The position numbers and the translations under genes are program-made. 40,358 nucleotides of DNA, from the IMG/VR virus record IMGVR_UViG_3300005805_000183, positions 1-40,358 of that record; one strand, 5' to 3'. This DNA comes from a virus. Taxonomy: Duplodnaviria; Caudoviricetes. The notes below the pieces were generated by a model. That model was not told the DNA's origin. It saw only the letters and a list, made by a program, of their open reading frames with translations, and did no database searches. The number at the start of each line of letters is the position of its first letter. Position 1 is the first letter of the stretch. This document shows, piece by piece, positions 9,604 to 18,074 of this stretch.

Positions 9604-9849
9604 TTAACTCCGTTTGCGACGCCTACGGTCCGAAACCGGGGCATCAAACTGTCGATCTAGATATTCTAGCCCCACTTTACCTTGCTCAATCTCCAGTAGT
9701 ACAGTGGAGATATCAGTGATCTGGGGTTCCACACGCGGAGTCCCATCATGGTGTCGCAGTTCTCGTACTCGATTGGAAGCTGCCAGTACCAGATCGTAGA
9801 TACCACCAAGCCGTCGAGCAGCAGCTTCGCTAGTGAGATGTTTACTCAT
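9604..9849 (-). CDS. rpoZ: RNA polymerase omega subunit homologue
   Basis: YDLVLAASNRVREL...LLEIEQGKV matches the omega pattern (LVLxAAxRARQL...ALxEIxxG). Confidence 0.75.
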   Translation of the reverse strand: MSKHLTSEAAARRLGGIYDLVLAASNRVRELRHHDGTPRVEPQITDISTVLLEIEQGKVGLEYLDRQFDAPVSDRRRRKRS

Positions 9850-10021
9850 TGATAGTGACTCCAATGGTTGCTCGGCGATCTTGCCGGCGTTGCGTGCGTT
9901 CAGACGTGAGCTGTGCTGTGATCATGGCTCGCTTGAGCTCACCCCGAAGATGCGGGTCCTGGACCGTGGCTATCATGCGCTTGGTAATCCGGTTCATACG
10001 GAAGTTTTTGTCAGGATTCAT
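9842..10021 (-). CDS. small basic hypothetical protein
   Basis: GAGG SD, MNPDKNFRMNRITKRMIA... Confidence 0.6.
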   Translation of the reverse strand: MNPDKNFRMNRITKRMIATVQDPHLRGELKRAMITAQLTSERTQRRQDRRATIGVTINE

Positions 10022-10206
10022 ATTTCCTCTTTGGTCAGTTACGATTAAATTTTCAACTGTGAGATTGCCTTCGAGTGACACACGGAACCTGCTGGCATGT
10101 CAATGTCCGCCACTGCTGTACTGCAAGGCAATCTCGCGCACATCGGTGTCATGCTGATAAAACTTCAAGCCAACTCCGTCAGTGCAGTTTCCTTGCTAAA
10201 GACTAA

Positions 10207-10235
10207 AGTATATGCGATGTTGTCAACTAAGTCAA
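10207..10235 (-). promoter_or_regulatory. sigma70-type promoter
   Basis: TTGACT-17-TATACT. Confidence 0.6.
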
Positions 10236-10313
10236 TGGTGCCCCTGCTCAGATTTGAACCGAGAATTCATCTCCTTTTGAGAGATTCCGCTTTGTCATTT
10301 TGCGTACAGGGGA
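10236..10313 (-). tRNA. tRNA-Leu(CAA)-like, degenerate
   Basis: CCCCTG/CAGGGG acceptor, GGTTCAAATC T-loop, CCA; anticodon arm irregular. Confidence 0.55.
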
Positions 10314-10319
10314 CGTTGA

Positions 10320-11414
10320 TCAGATGTTGAGAGTGTGCAAGAGAGAAAAGTCAGAGTGATTGTAATGTCTGAAGTGTACATCGGTAACCAATGAATAGTT
10401 ACTTAGCTGTTTTCGTTTGGATGTTTCATCCATGCTAAAAAATATCGATTGCTGCTTGGTCTTGAATCTACGATAGTCATCATCTCGAGTAAACTCGTAT
10501 ATTAAGTCTTTTGCTGGTCGCTTGTAATTGAGACCGTCTGATTCAACTAGCATATGGCCGTTGCACATGGACCAGCTCTGGAAATGTATGCTATTAAAAA
10601 AACAAATCACACTATCAAACAATGATGTATCGTTGATTTTTGCATTCCATCGTAATTTTTCATGATCCCAGAGGTGTGTAAACCCCAACATCCAGCTTAG
10701 ATCAGCTATGGAAGTGATGGGTACCACAAACTGATCGATCTGTCTCTGGATATAATCTTGTACCAAACCTCTGTGATTCAATGGTACATGATTTAAAAAA
10801 CAATTGCTACGAAAGAACTCTGGGTAAGGACTAGAATAATTCAGTGACGTATCGGGGAGAAAGGCCCCGCCCCAGTCGCCCCAAAGAAGATCACCTAGTT
10901 CCCCAGTAACTACGACTCTGTCGGAGGTGTAAAGTCCGGGATCAAAAAATTCGGTATTTTTCAAAATTTTGTAATCAGTATCAACCAAGTATCTAGACCA
11001 AAACAAGGGATATTCCTCTGATATGGCATACTGAGAAGTATAGATCTTGATCTGGTCTCGCCAGTGCGGGTTGGTCATCATCAAAGATACCAAGGCTGCA
11101 GTGGAGTCAACTCCGCCAGACCAAAAAAGAGAAACATAGCGCCCTCGAGCCATCTCCCAGATTTCTTGGGCGTTTATCAGGCAGCATTGCTCAAACGTTA
11201 TGTTATGGTCTAGGACATCTGGCATGCCGGTGATGTCAAAATGATAGAGCATGGGTTGGATGCGATTGATCACTCCGCCAAAATTGGTCATCTTGCCTAC
11301 CGCAAACATACCGATCAGATCATGCACACGAATATCATCGGGATGAAGCGATTGCAATGCAACTCCCAGCATCTCGCAACGTATCTTGTCGCCATTGAAG
11401 TATCTAATCAGCAT
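10320..11414 (-). CDS. PP-loop (adenine nucleotide alpha hydrolase-like) protein
   Basis: FWSGGVDST and VTGELGD; paralogue of 20691-21764. Confidence 0.7.
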   Translation of the reverse strand: MLIRYFNGDKIRCEMLGVALQSLHPDDIRVHDLIGMFAVGKMTNFGGVINRIQPMLYHFDITGMPDVLDHNITFEQCCLINAQEIWEMARGRYVSLFWSGGVDSTAALVSLMMTNPHWRDQIKIYTSQYAISEEYPLFWSRYLVDTDYKILKNTEFFDPGLYTSDRVVVTGELGDLLWGDWGGAFLPDTSLNYSSPYPEFFRSNCFLNHVPLNHRGLVQDYIQRQIDQFVVPITSIADLSWMLGFTHLWDHEKLRWNAKINDTSLFDSVICFFNSIHFQSWSMCNGHMLVESDGLNYKRPAKDLIYEFTRDDDYRRFKTKQQSIFFSMDETSKRKQLSNYSLVTDVHFRHYNHSDFSLLHTLNI

Positions 11415-11422
11415 AGTAGTAG

Positions 11423-11893
11423 CTATTTAACAATGCTGTCTAGGTAGAATTGATTAACCCAGGCCTGCATATCTCGATGCTGTACATTGAGCACGTGGGT
11501 GCCTGGACTGGTGTTGCCAGCGCCACTACGGTCGAACCAGTTGTGGAAGGGCACTTGCCAGTGTCCAAAATCAAAATTCACAGTGCGCCAACCACCGATA
11601 GTTATCACATAACGCGGTCGGGTCTCTAGCCTGGGCATCAACCACAGCACTGTTTCGGCACCTTTGCTGAATCCATACAGATCATAGGGAACTGAGAGTG
11701 ACTGTAAGAAATTTAGAGACTGAGTTCTCTCGTACCATTCATACACTCGGTAGCATTCGGCACGTTTTTGAGCCCAGGTCACAAAGGCAGCATGATCAAA
11801 ATCCGATCTCAAGCCCTTGAACCCCACCACCCAACTGGAACAGGAGGCCAGCCCCAGACCGGGCCACAACAACAGTATCACGATTGCTTTCAA
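11423..11893 (-). CDS. secreted alpha/beta-hydrolase-like protein
   Basis: Hydrophobic N-terminus from TTG 11893 (GAGGA SD); GFSKG nucleophile-elbow motif. Confidence 0.55.
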   Translation of the reverse strand: MKAIVILLLWPGLGLASCSSWVVGFKGLRSDFDHAAFVTWAQKRAECYRVYEWYERTQSLNFLQSLSVPYDLYGFSKGAETVLWLMPRLETRPRYVITIGGWRTVNFDFGHWQVPFHNWFDRSGAGNTSPGTHVLNVQHRDMQAWVNQFYLDSIVK

Positions 11894-11922
11894 CTCAATC
11901 CTCACAAAGACAACGGCCCAGA

Positions 11923-12237
11923 CTAGGTCTGGGCCGAAAACGCTCGAGCCAGCGCACGTTGCCGCGCCAGCCACAGTCTTACCAGAATTTCATCTGACAG
12001 TTCGCGATCGTCGTCCCAGGCTTCTCGGTTATTTACTAGTCGAGATCTAAAACGACCAGGATGAGTATCAAACTCTAGTTCATCCCAGTCACTGTCATTC
12101 CAGGTTAGACTGTTACTTCTTGGCAGCGTCAGCTGCGGGCTTGCTGTCATCTTTCTTGGCAGCAGGTGCGGCTGCATCGCCTTTCTTAGCAGCAGATTTG
12201 GCACTGTCTTTTTGATCCTTTTTGTCTGCTTTGTCAC
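11923..12237 (-). CDS. hypothetical protein overlapping the upstream gene
   Basis: 104-aa ORF fills an otherwise empty gap; start uncertain. Confidence 0.4.
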   Translation of the reverse strand: MTKQTKRIKKTVPNLLLRKAMQPHLLPRKMTASPQLTLPRSNSLTWNDSDWDELEFDTHPGRFRSRLVNNREAWDDDRELSDEILVRLWLARQRALARAFSAQT

Positions 12238-12382
12238 TTTTGGCAGGCGCAGGGGGGATCACGGGCGGAGCAGGTTGGGCTACTGTAGACTTGGTATCGG
12301 CTTTCTTTTCTTCTTTCTTGGCCTCAGCAGCATAAACACCAGTGGCAAACAGAGCAGCGATCAGGATTGCAACAAATTTCAT
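12113..12382 (-). CDS. secreted Ala/Lys/Pro-rich low-complexity protein
   Basis: AAGGAG SD, signal peptide MKFVAILIAALFATGVYA. Confidence 0.8.
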   Translation of the reverse strand: MKFVAILIAALFATGVYAAEAKKEEKKADTKSTVAQPAPPVIPPAPAKSDKADKKDQKDSAKSAAKKGDAAAPAAKKDDSKPAADAAKK

Positions 12383-12497
12383 AAACTTCTCCTTGGGTTA
12401 AATGCACCTGGGATGCATGTAATATATAACGCCTGTGACACAGATGCGTTGACAAAATTTGGTGTTCCGAGGGAGTTTAAATCTTCTGCTTCTTAGA

Positions 12498-12695
12498 TTA
12501 CCCGGGCCTGGATGATTGGCCCAGATCTAACACACGCTGGGCCAGCGCGATGCTGTGATGTTCTAACCAAAGGCGTGCATAGACCCGGACAAGGTCATCG
12601 GGCTCATTGTGCACAAGATCTAGGACCTGACAGATGTGTGCGTCATCCCAGGGCGAACCCTGGGATATGTTTTCTAGTTGGGATTCTCGGTCCAT
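12498..12695 (-). CDS. small hypothetical protein
   Basis: ATAAATA motif 5 nt before the ATG of MDRESQ. Confidence 0.45.
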   Translation of the reverse strand: MDRESQLENISQGSPWDDAHICQVLDLVHNEPDDLVRVYARLWLEHHSIALAQRVLDLGQSSRPG

Positions 12696-12722
12696 GTAAA
12701 TATTTATGCACCGCAGCACAAA

Positions 12723-13394
12723 TCAGGGCCATAACAGATCAAAATGTCCTCGCATGACATCTGTGACCCTGGCACGTCGTCCGCTCACATGATCCTGTAC
12801 CTGATTGTCTTGGAAACGATAAGTGCGTATCTTGTCCCCGCGCTGGCCTGACCCCACTTGCTGTCGTCGATCTTGCGCCTGGGCTTGATCATGGCGGGCC
12901 TGTGTCTGTTGCTGGATGCGTTGCACCAGCGAAGCTCGGGCATGTGTGAAGCTGTTTTCTCGGCTACGACACTGCGCAGTGGTCATGATGCCTGTGGGAA
13001 TGTGACGTATGCGGCAACTATTTTGGTGCTTGTTACGATGCTGACCCCCGGCACCAGTGCCGGAATACCAGTCTACTTCAAGGTCGTGGTCTCTAATTTG
13101 TATCTGGGGCACAGCAAGATCTATCACAGCCACGGTAACAGTGCTGGTATGCACTCGTCCGCGACGTTCAGTGGGCGGAGTGCGCTGTATGCGGTGTCCC
13201 CCAGGTTCGTTGTCTAGATTTCCAAGATTGGATCCTTCCACCAGGATGTGTGTTTCGCCCTGGCGCTGATCCACCACACGAGCTGTTCAGCCCACTCGAT
13301 CGGCCAAGCGTAAATAGGCCTGGGCAAGGTCTTGCACAAACAGTCGGCTGTCTTCGCCGCCTTCGGCAGCACGTATCTCTATGCATCGTTTCAT
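12723..13394 (-). CDS. class I peptide chain release factor (RF1-like, no N-terminal domain) with in-frame UGA at codon 36
   Basis: AAGGAG SD, then MKRCIEIRAAEGGEDSRLFVQDLAQAYLRLADRVG-UGA-TARV...HRIQRTPPTERRGRVHTS...GAGGQHRNK...KIRTY, all in one frame. Confidence 0.85.
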
Positions 13395-13414
13395 TACACT
13401 CTCCTTGATAAAAA

Positions 13415-13491
13415 TGGTGGAGACACGGGGAGTTGAACCCCGGACCTCTTGCATGCCATGCAAGCGCTCGTCCCAACTGAGCTATGTCCCC
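13415..13491 (-). tRNA. tRNA-Ala(GGC)
   Basis: Cloverleaf, G3:U70, CTTGC-ATGGCAT-GCAAG, CCA. Confidence 0.95.
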
Positions 13492-13492
13492 C

Positions 13493-13524
13493 TGGTAGGT
13501 ACTACTGGAGTCGATCCAGTGGTC
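13493..13524 (-). pseudogene. tRNA 3' fragment
   Basis: T-arm ACTGGATCGACTCCAGT plus acceptor strand and CCA only. Confidence 0.55.
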
Positions 13525-13533
13525 GTAATAAAC

Positions 13534-13611
13534 TGGTGGGCAGTCTCGGACTCGAACCGAGAAGCGAAATATTTTGAGTATTCCAGGTATGCCAATTCCC
13601 GTCAACTGCCC
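13534..13611 (-). tRNA. tRNA-Leu(CAA), short variable arm
   Basis: GAATA-CTCAAAA-TATTT, CCA. Confidence 0.9.
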
Positions 13612-13752
13612 CGAAGTGCTATATTTTAGCGCTGATATTTTGATTAGTCAATGAATTTTGGTGTAACACGGTACGGTATTTGATCAAATCGTTCTCTATA
13701 CAGCACAATTACATCAAAAAAAAATCAATTTTGTGATTAAAGTAAGTACAGT

Positions 13753-14874
13753 ATGAGCAAGAATTATCACAATCTACATCTAGGCTATTGGTCTGTGGGC
13801 GATGAGGTTTTCATTGACAAGACCTCGGCTCTTCTGTACAGCACTCAATCCAAGCAACATGTGCACTGGCACTTTAATGACCAAGTCTTTGCCAAGGCAG
13901 ACTGGAAGCTCGAGCCCGAACAATCGCTAGAGTACCTGTATGCGCAACGTGCACGGCAATTGAGGGAAAAGTACGACTACCTGATTTTGAGCTTTAGCGG
14001 TGGCAGTGACAGCACCAACATACTTCGTACCTTTATTCAAAATCAAATTCTGCTGGACGAGATTGTGGTTCAGTGGCCACACCAGATAGCCAAGAACATC
14101 TACACTCCCAACAATCAAGACTCGAGTCAGGACAACTGGCTGAGTGAGTGGGACTACACTGTGAAACCCATGTTGGACTGGGTTGCAGTGCATCATCCCA
14201 AGATACGTATTACTGTGTATGACTACAGTCAACATCTAGTAGACTACAGCAAGATCTTGACAGACACCTGGTACCTAGGTCGGAATTCCTACACGCCATT
14301 TGGGGAAGTTAGAAACAATATAATAAATCTTTTGGGATTGACCACGCTGGAAAAGTTTAACAGCGTTGGGTACATCTACGGGATCGAAAAGCCCAAAATT
14401 ATGTTTAAAGATGGCAAGTATTACAACTATTTTATTGATAAACTGACTTCGCAACGTTACTTAAAAAGCTATCTAGAGCAAAATACTTGTGGGATGGAAT
14501 TCTTTTACTGGAGTCCGGATGCTGTACAAGTCATGATCAAACAGTGCCACGTGATCAAGCGTTTTATGCAGAGACACCCACAGTTTCGATGGATGATTAC
14601 CGGACATGTCAAGGATGGTGATACCATAACTCGGTACCAAGACTTGATTGAACCCTTGATCTATCCCGGACATCAAGTGACTTTTCAAGTTGACAAATTT
14701 CGTTTGCCCAATCTTGCAGTTGACAAGGTTCTAGCAGAAAATTTGTTTGATAAAAAAGTCATGAGCATATATAAAGCTGGAATTGGTGAGCTACTGCGAG
14801 AAGTAGACATCAAATACTATGATGCCGATACCCAGTCGGTAACTGGGTTTATTAGTCCATATTATGAAATCTAA
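13753..14874 (+). CDS. PP-loop family protein
   Basis: RARQLREKYDYLILSFSGGSDSTN. Confidence 0.7.
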   Translation: MSKNYHNLHLGYWSVGDEVFIDKTSALLYSTQSKQHVHWHFNDQVFAKADWKLEPEQSLEYLYAQRARQLREKYDYLILSFSGGSDSTNILRTFIQNQILLDEIVVQWPHQIAKNIYTPNNQDSSQDNWLSEWDYTVKPMLDWVAVHHPKIRITVYDYSQHLVDYSKILTDTWYLGRNSYTPFGEVRNNIINLLGLTTLEKFNSVGYIYGIEKPKIMFKDGKYYNYFIDKLTSQRYLKSYLEQNTCGMEFFYWSPDAVQVMIKQCHVIKRFMQRHPQFRWMITGHVKDGDTITRYQDLIEPLIYPGHQVTFQVDKFRLPNLAVDKVLAENLFDKKVMSIYKAGIGELLREVDIKYYDADTQSVTGFISPYYEI

Positions 14875-14886
14875 CCAAGGAGACAC

Positions 14887-15858
14887 ATGAAGATTCTAGC
14901 AATTTTAGCAGCAATGATTTTGACCACTGCCGCTGCGGCGCAGACCAATCCGCACACTTACCGAGTTGTGGTCAGCCAAGCACCCGGTGGCATCACTGAT
15001 GTGGGATGCCGCACCTTTTGGACCGAATGGGAGAAAAAAACCGGCAAAAAGGCCGTAATCATCAACCGACCAGGTGCACTGGGCGCAGTTGCACTGCGAG
15101 CAATGGCCGAGGCCAATGGTCCAGAGTTTGCTTGCACAGGTGCTCAGAACCTGATCTACAATCAGTTGTTTTTCCCTGAACATGCAGGTCATGAACGTAA
15201 TGTGGAAAACATTGGTAAAATAGTAGATTTTCCTATTTTTATCTCCAGTTCACTCAAACATTCATCTGTGAAATCACTCAAAGAGTGGCGCGATCAGACC
15301 ACTGCCGGCAACACCTGTTTGACCAGCACCTGTTCCTGGGACAAACCCTTGTTAGTCGGTGTCAACACCAGTATAGCGTTGGCCATAGCCAACTACTTGA
15401 TCCAGCATGAGAGATTCAACCTGGAAGTGGTTCGATTCAAGAGTGCCACAGAAATAAGTGCTGCATTGTCTCTAGGTGACATAGATTATTACATAGGAGG
15501 CAGTACCTTTGACGGTCTGGCACGACCCGGCAATCCCGAAGGCAAGTTTCGGTGGCACAGCCGACTCATGGGCAATACTACCGGTGCTCTCTGGGACGAT
15601 CGCATCTGGGGCAACCTCTACAAAGACATACGTGATCGTGACGCCTTTGCCAGTTTCTTGGGGGTGGGTGTGAATGTGCAAATGAGTCAAGAACAGCGGG
15701 AAGTCTTTCGAAAAGAATTTCATTCAGTGATGTCAGACCCAGCATTCAAGACCTTGATTGAAACTCGTGTGCCTGGCTCTATCTTTTCTGGACGGCCTTA
15801 CTCAAATCAAGATGCCGCAGCGGCAGTTGAAAGACTGCGTCAACTCAAGATCAACTGA
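14887..15858 (+). CDS. Bug/TctC tripartite tricarboxylate transporter substrate-binding protein
   Basis: Signal peptide, APGGITD, INRPGALG. Confidence 0.75.
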   Translation: MKILAILAAMILTTAAAAQTNPHTYRVVVSQAPGGITDVGCRTFWTEWEKKTGKKAVIINRPGALGAVALRAMAEANGPEFACTGAQNLIYNQLFFPEHAGHERNVENIGKIVDFPIFISSSLKHSSVKSLKEWRDQTTAGNTCLTSTCSWDKPLLVGVNTSIALAIANYLIQHERFNLEVVRFKSATEISAALSLGDIDYYIGGSTFDGLARPGNPEGKFRWHSRLMGNTTGALWDDRIWGNLYKDIRDRDAFASFLGVGVNVQMSQEQREVFRKEFHSVMSDPAFKTLIETRVPGSIFSGRPYSNQDAAAAVERLRQLKIN

Positions 15859-15865
15859 GCCTGAT

Positions 15866-15898
15866 CGTGACATAGCGCCTTAAAGGCGCTATGTCACG
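15866..15898. repeat. 33-bp near-perfect palindrome
   Basis: CGTGACATAGCGCCTT-A-AAGGCGCTATGTCACG. Confidence 0.85.
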
Positions 15899-15937
15899 GC
15901 CATGTAAAAGAACCTGACAGCACATAAATATTCAACT

Positions 15938-16708
15938 ATGAAAAAATTACTGTCAATTTTACTTTTATTCCCGATCCTGGCTGCGGCCAATCCCATCAAC
16001 GAACAGTGTCCACAGTTTGTTCTACGTGGTGCTCCTGTGAGCAGCCTACCACAGAATATCACACAGTATATCTGTAGGACAAACTATGCTGTACACTATC
16101 GCTACGATACCAAGACAGCAGAATATGTGGTGGAGCATGTGCGTTTAGAAAACATCACAGGACCTGCCAAACGCAAAGATGACTTTCGCCCAGATCCTAC
16201 AATCCCGCGCCAGTTCCAATCGCGGCTGGAAGATTACACTGGCACCGGATATGACCGCGGTCACCTTTCGCCAGGCGCCAACAATAACGCCAATGATCAT
16301 GTCATGAGCGAAAGTTTTTTCTTGTCAAACATGGTACCACAGGTTCCCAATCACAACAGAGGAATCTGGCGCATGTTAGAACTAAAGATCCGTGACTGGG
16401 TTCTGGCCGGCAAAGACATCTATGTGATCACAGGCACGGCCTATGCGCCTGGTGCTGTCACAGTTGGCCCCAATCAAGTTGGCGTACCCACACACATGTG
16501 GAAAGCAGTTGTTGATCGTCGAGGCGGCAAGGGCATTGGCTTCTTCATGCCCAATGCTGCAATTCCCGTGGCAGACTTGGCCAAGTATGTGGTCAGCATA
16601 CGACAAATAGAACAGCTCACGGGCATCAATTTTCACCCGCAATTACCAGCTCAGTTGGAGCACGTTGAAACCAAGATCGACCCTGCACTGTGGCCAGGCC
16701 TGCAGTAA
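15938..16708 (+). CDS. DNA/RNA non-specific endonuclease (NucA/EndoG family), secreted
   Basis: YDRGHL, SNMVPQ..NHNRGIW; signal peptide. Confidence 0.92.
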   Translation: MKKLLSILLLFPILAAANPINEQCPQFVLRGAPVSSLPQNITQYICRTNYAVHYRYDTKTAEYVVEHVRLENITGPAKRKDDFRPDPTIPRQFQSRLEDYTGTGYDRGHLSPGANNNANDHVMSESFFLSNMVPQVPNHNRGIWRMLELKIRDWVLAGKDIYVITGTAYAPGAVTVGPNQVGVPTHMWKAVVDRRGGKGIGFFMPNAAIPVADLAKYVVSIRQIEQLTGINFHPQLPAQLEHVETKIDPALWPGLQ

Positions 16709-16728
16709 CACATTGGCTGAACAGAGCC

Positions 16729-16800
16729 TGGACTCCGCGGAGGGAATCGAACCCACTTGGTCTGCGTTAGGACCGCTGACCCCTATCCAACGGCGCGGAG
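16729..16800 (-). tRNA. tRNA-Arg(CCT), atypical
   Basis: CTCCGCG/CGCGGAG acceptor, loop GTCCTAA, weak D-arm. Confidence 0.65.
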
Positions 16801-16819
16801 AGTCAAGTAAAACAGTTTG

Positions 16820-16897
16820 TGGCCCGGTTGGCAGGAATCGAACCCACATGTGTCCATTAGCTTTCTCTGCGTTCGAAGCGCAGCGGCATACAACCGG
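16820..16897 (-). tRNA. tRNA-Arg(TCG), D-armless with long variable region
   Basis: CCGGTTG/CAACCGG acceptor, CTGCG-CTTCGAA-CGCAG, CCA. Confidence 0.7.
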
Positions 16898-16904
16898 ATA
16901 AAAA

Positions 16905-16982
16905 TGGTCGGTGTGGCAAGATTTGAACTTGCGGTTTCCTGCTCCCAAAGCAGGCGACTTGACCGGGCTAGCCTACACACCG
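16905..16982 (-). tRNA. tRNA-Pro(TGG)
   Basis: CCTGC-TTTGGGA-GCAGG, CCA. Confidence 0.93.
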
Positions 16983-16990
16983 AGATTGCG

Positions 16991-17064
16991 TGGTGCCCCG
17001 TGGGTGAATCGAACACCCGACTACGGATTACGAAACCGTTGCGATGCCATTTCGCTAACAGGGC
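16991..17064 (-). tRNA. tRNA-Thr(CGT)
   Basis: Loop TTCGTAA, CCA. Confidence 0.9.
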
Positions 17065-17161
17065 GCAGCACCATATTGAAGCACACTGACTACATTGGCC
17101 AACCCGTCGGGGATTTACAACCGTTGTCCAGGCGGTGCTCCGCTTACAATGCGCTTCAATA

Positions 17162-17260
17162 TGGTGACCTATTGTGGACAGGATTTGAACCTGCATGAGG
17201 GCCTTTATCTCCTCCGGCCCGATGAGAGGCCTATGTTTACCAATTCCATCACCACAGGTC
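17162..17260 (-). ncRNA. tRNA-like RNA with expanded anticodon loop
   Basis: D-arm ATGGAATTGGTAAACAT, GGCCT/AGGCC stem around a 22-nt loop, T-arm GCAGGTTCAAATCCTGT, ACCA. Confidence 0.6.
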
Positions 17261-17406
17261 GCCGGGGTAATTAAGCCCGACTATGATCGCAGATGATCAG
17301 TCTGCAACCATATTGAAACACACTTTAGTCTATTTGGGAAGCATCGGGTCCCACGCCTCTTAGCCCGCCTTTATCTTTTCAGGCTCATCCTCTTAATGTG
17401 CTTCAA

Positions 17407-17503
17407 TATGGTAGATAGGAATCGAACCTATCCCTCGGGCATGGATGCCTAATGGTCTCGCGACCCTCGGACTTCCCGAATGCTACCTCTACATCATACC
17501 ATA
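17407..17503 (-). ncRNA. tRNA-like RNA whose acceptor stem is formed by the array repeats
   Basis: TATGGTA/TACCATA, D-arm ATGTAGAGGTAGCAT, branched anticodon domain, T-arm ATAGGTTCGATTCCTAT. Confidence 0.6.
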
Positions 17504-17806
17504 TTGAAACACTCTAGCGGAGACTGGTCACAGTTCCGGACCCGCCAGCTCGTCACTTTAATCGCTCAAATTCTAACGAACTAGAATGCTTCAATATGGG
17601 CTTACAACTTCCACGCTCAAGTGGCTCCTTGGCTGGGCAGACGCTGTAATCATCTGAGGAGTTTATGGTCTAGACCATATTGAAACACACTCGACCGTCT
17701 CTCTTTTACACAGCAGACCGGAATGACCGGGGCTTGAACTGTTTATGCGATATCCCGTTTTAAACCGGGGACGGACAAAGCACCAAAGTGTAAGTGTGTT
17801 TCAATA

Positions 17807-17881
17807 TGGTGGGACTGCTGGGCCAACGATCCCAGTTCACCGTGTTAAAAGCACGGTGCTTCACCTTAAAGCTTCAATCCC
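17807..17881 (-). tRNA. tRNA-Lys(TTT)
   Basis: CCGTG-CTTTTAA-CACGG; T-loop non-canonical; CCA. Confidence 0.85.
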
Positions 17882-17947
17882 GTTGATGTTGTCTAGAGTT
17901 GATTTAACGTGCCAGCTCCAGACCCAACAACGGAATCCAGAGTGACA

Positions 17948-17968
17948 CTACGGCTTGCCTCGCTTCAT
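17948..17968 (-). CDS. minigene MKRGKP*
   Basis: AGGAG SD 7 nt upstream; TAG followed by a long hairpin. Confidence 0.45.
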   Translation of the reverse strand: MKRGKP

Positions 17969-17989
17969 AGTGTTTCTCCTGTAAAGTTT

Positions 17990-18063
17990 TGGAAGGGGTA
18001 CTAGGGCTCGAACCTAGACGGACGGAATCAAAATCCGTAATGCTACCATTACATCATACCCCA
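17990..18063 (-). tRNA. tRNA-Gln(TTG)
   Basis: ACGGA-TTTTGAT-TCCGT, CCA. Confidence 0.93.
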
Positions 18064-18074
18064 ATTGTGGTTGA

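Larger units (their letters stand above)
17070..17810 (-). repeat. array of four inverted-repeat cassettes (ACCATATTGAARCRC...GTGYTTCAATATGG)
   Basis: Units at about 17070-17165, 17307-17412, 17498-17599 and 17674-17810; unrelated interiors of about 60-100 nt. Confidence 0.9.

Noticed and set aside
17070-17810. CRISPR array
   Set aside because: Repeats alternate in orientation, spacers vary from about 60 to 140 nt, and no cas genes are in the window.
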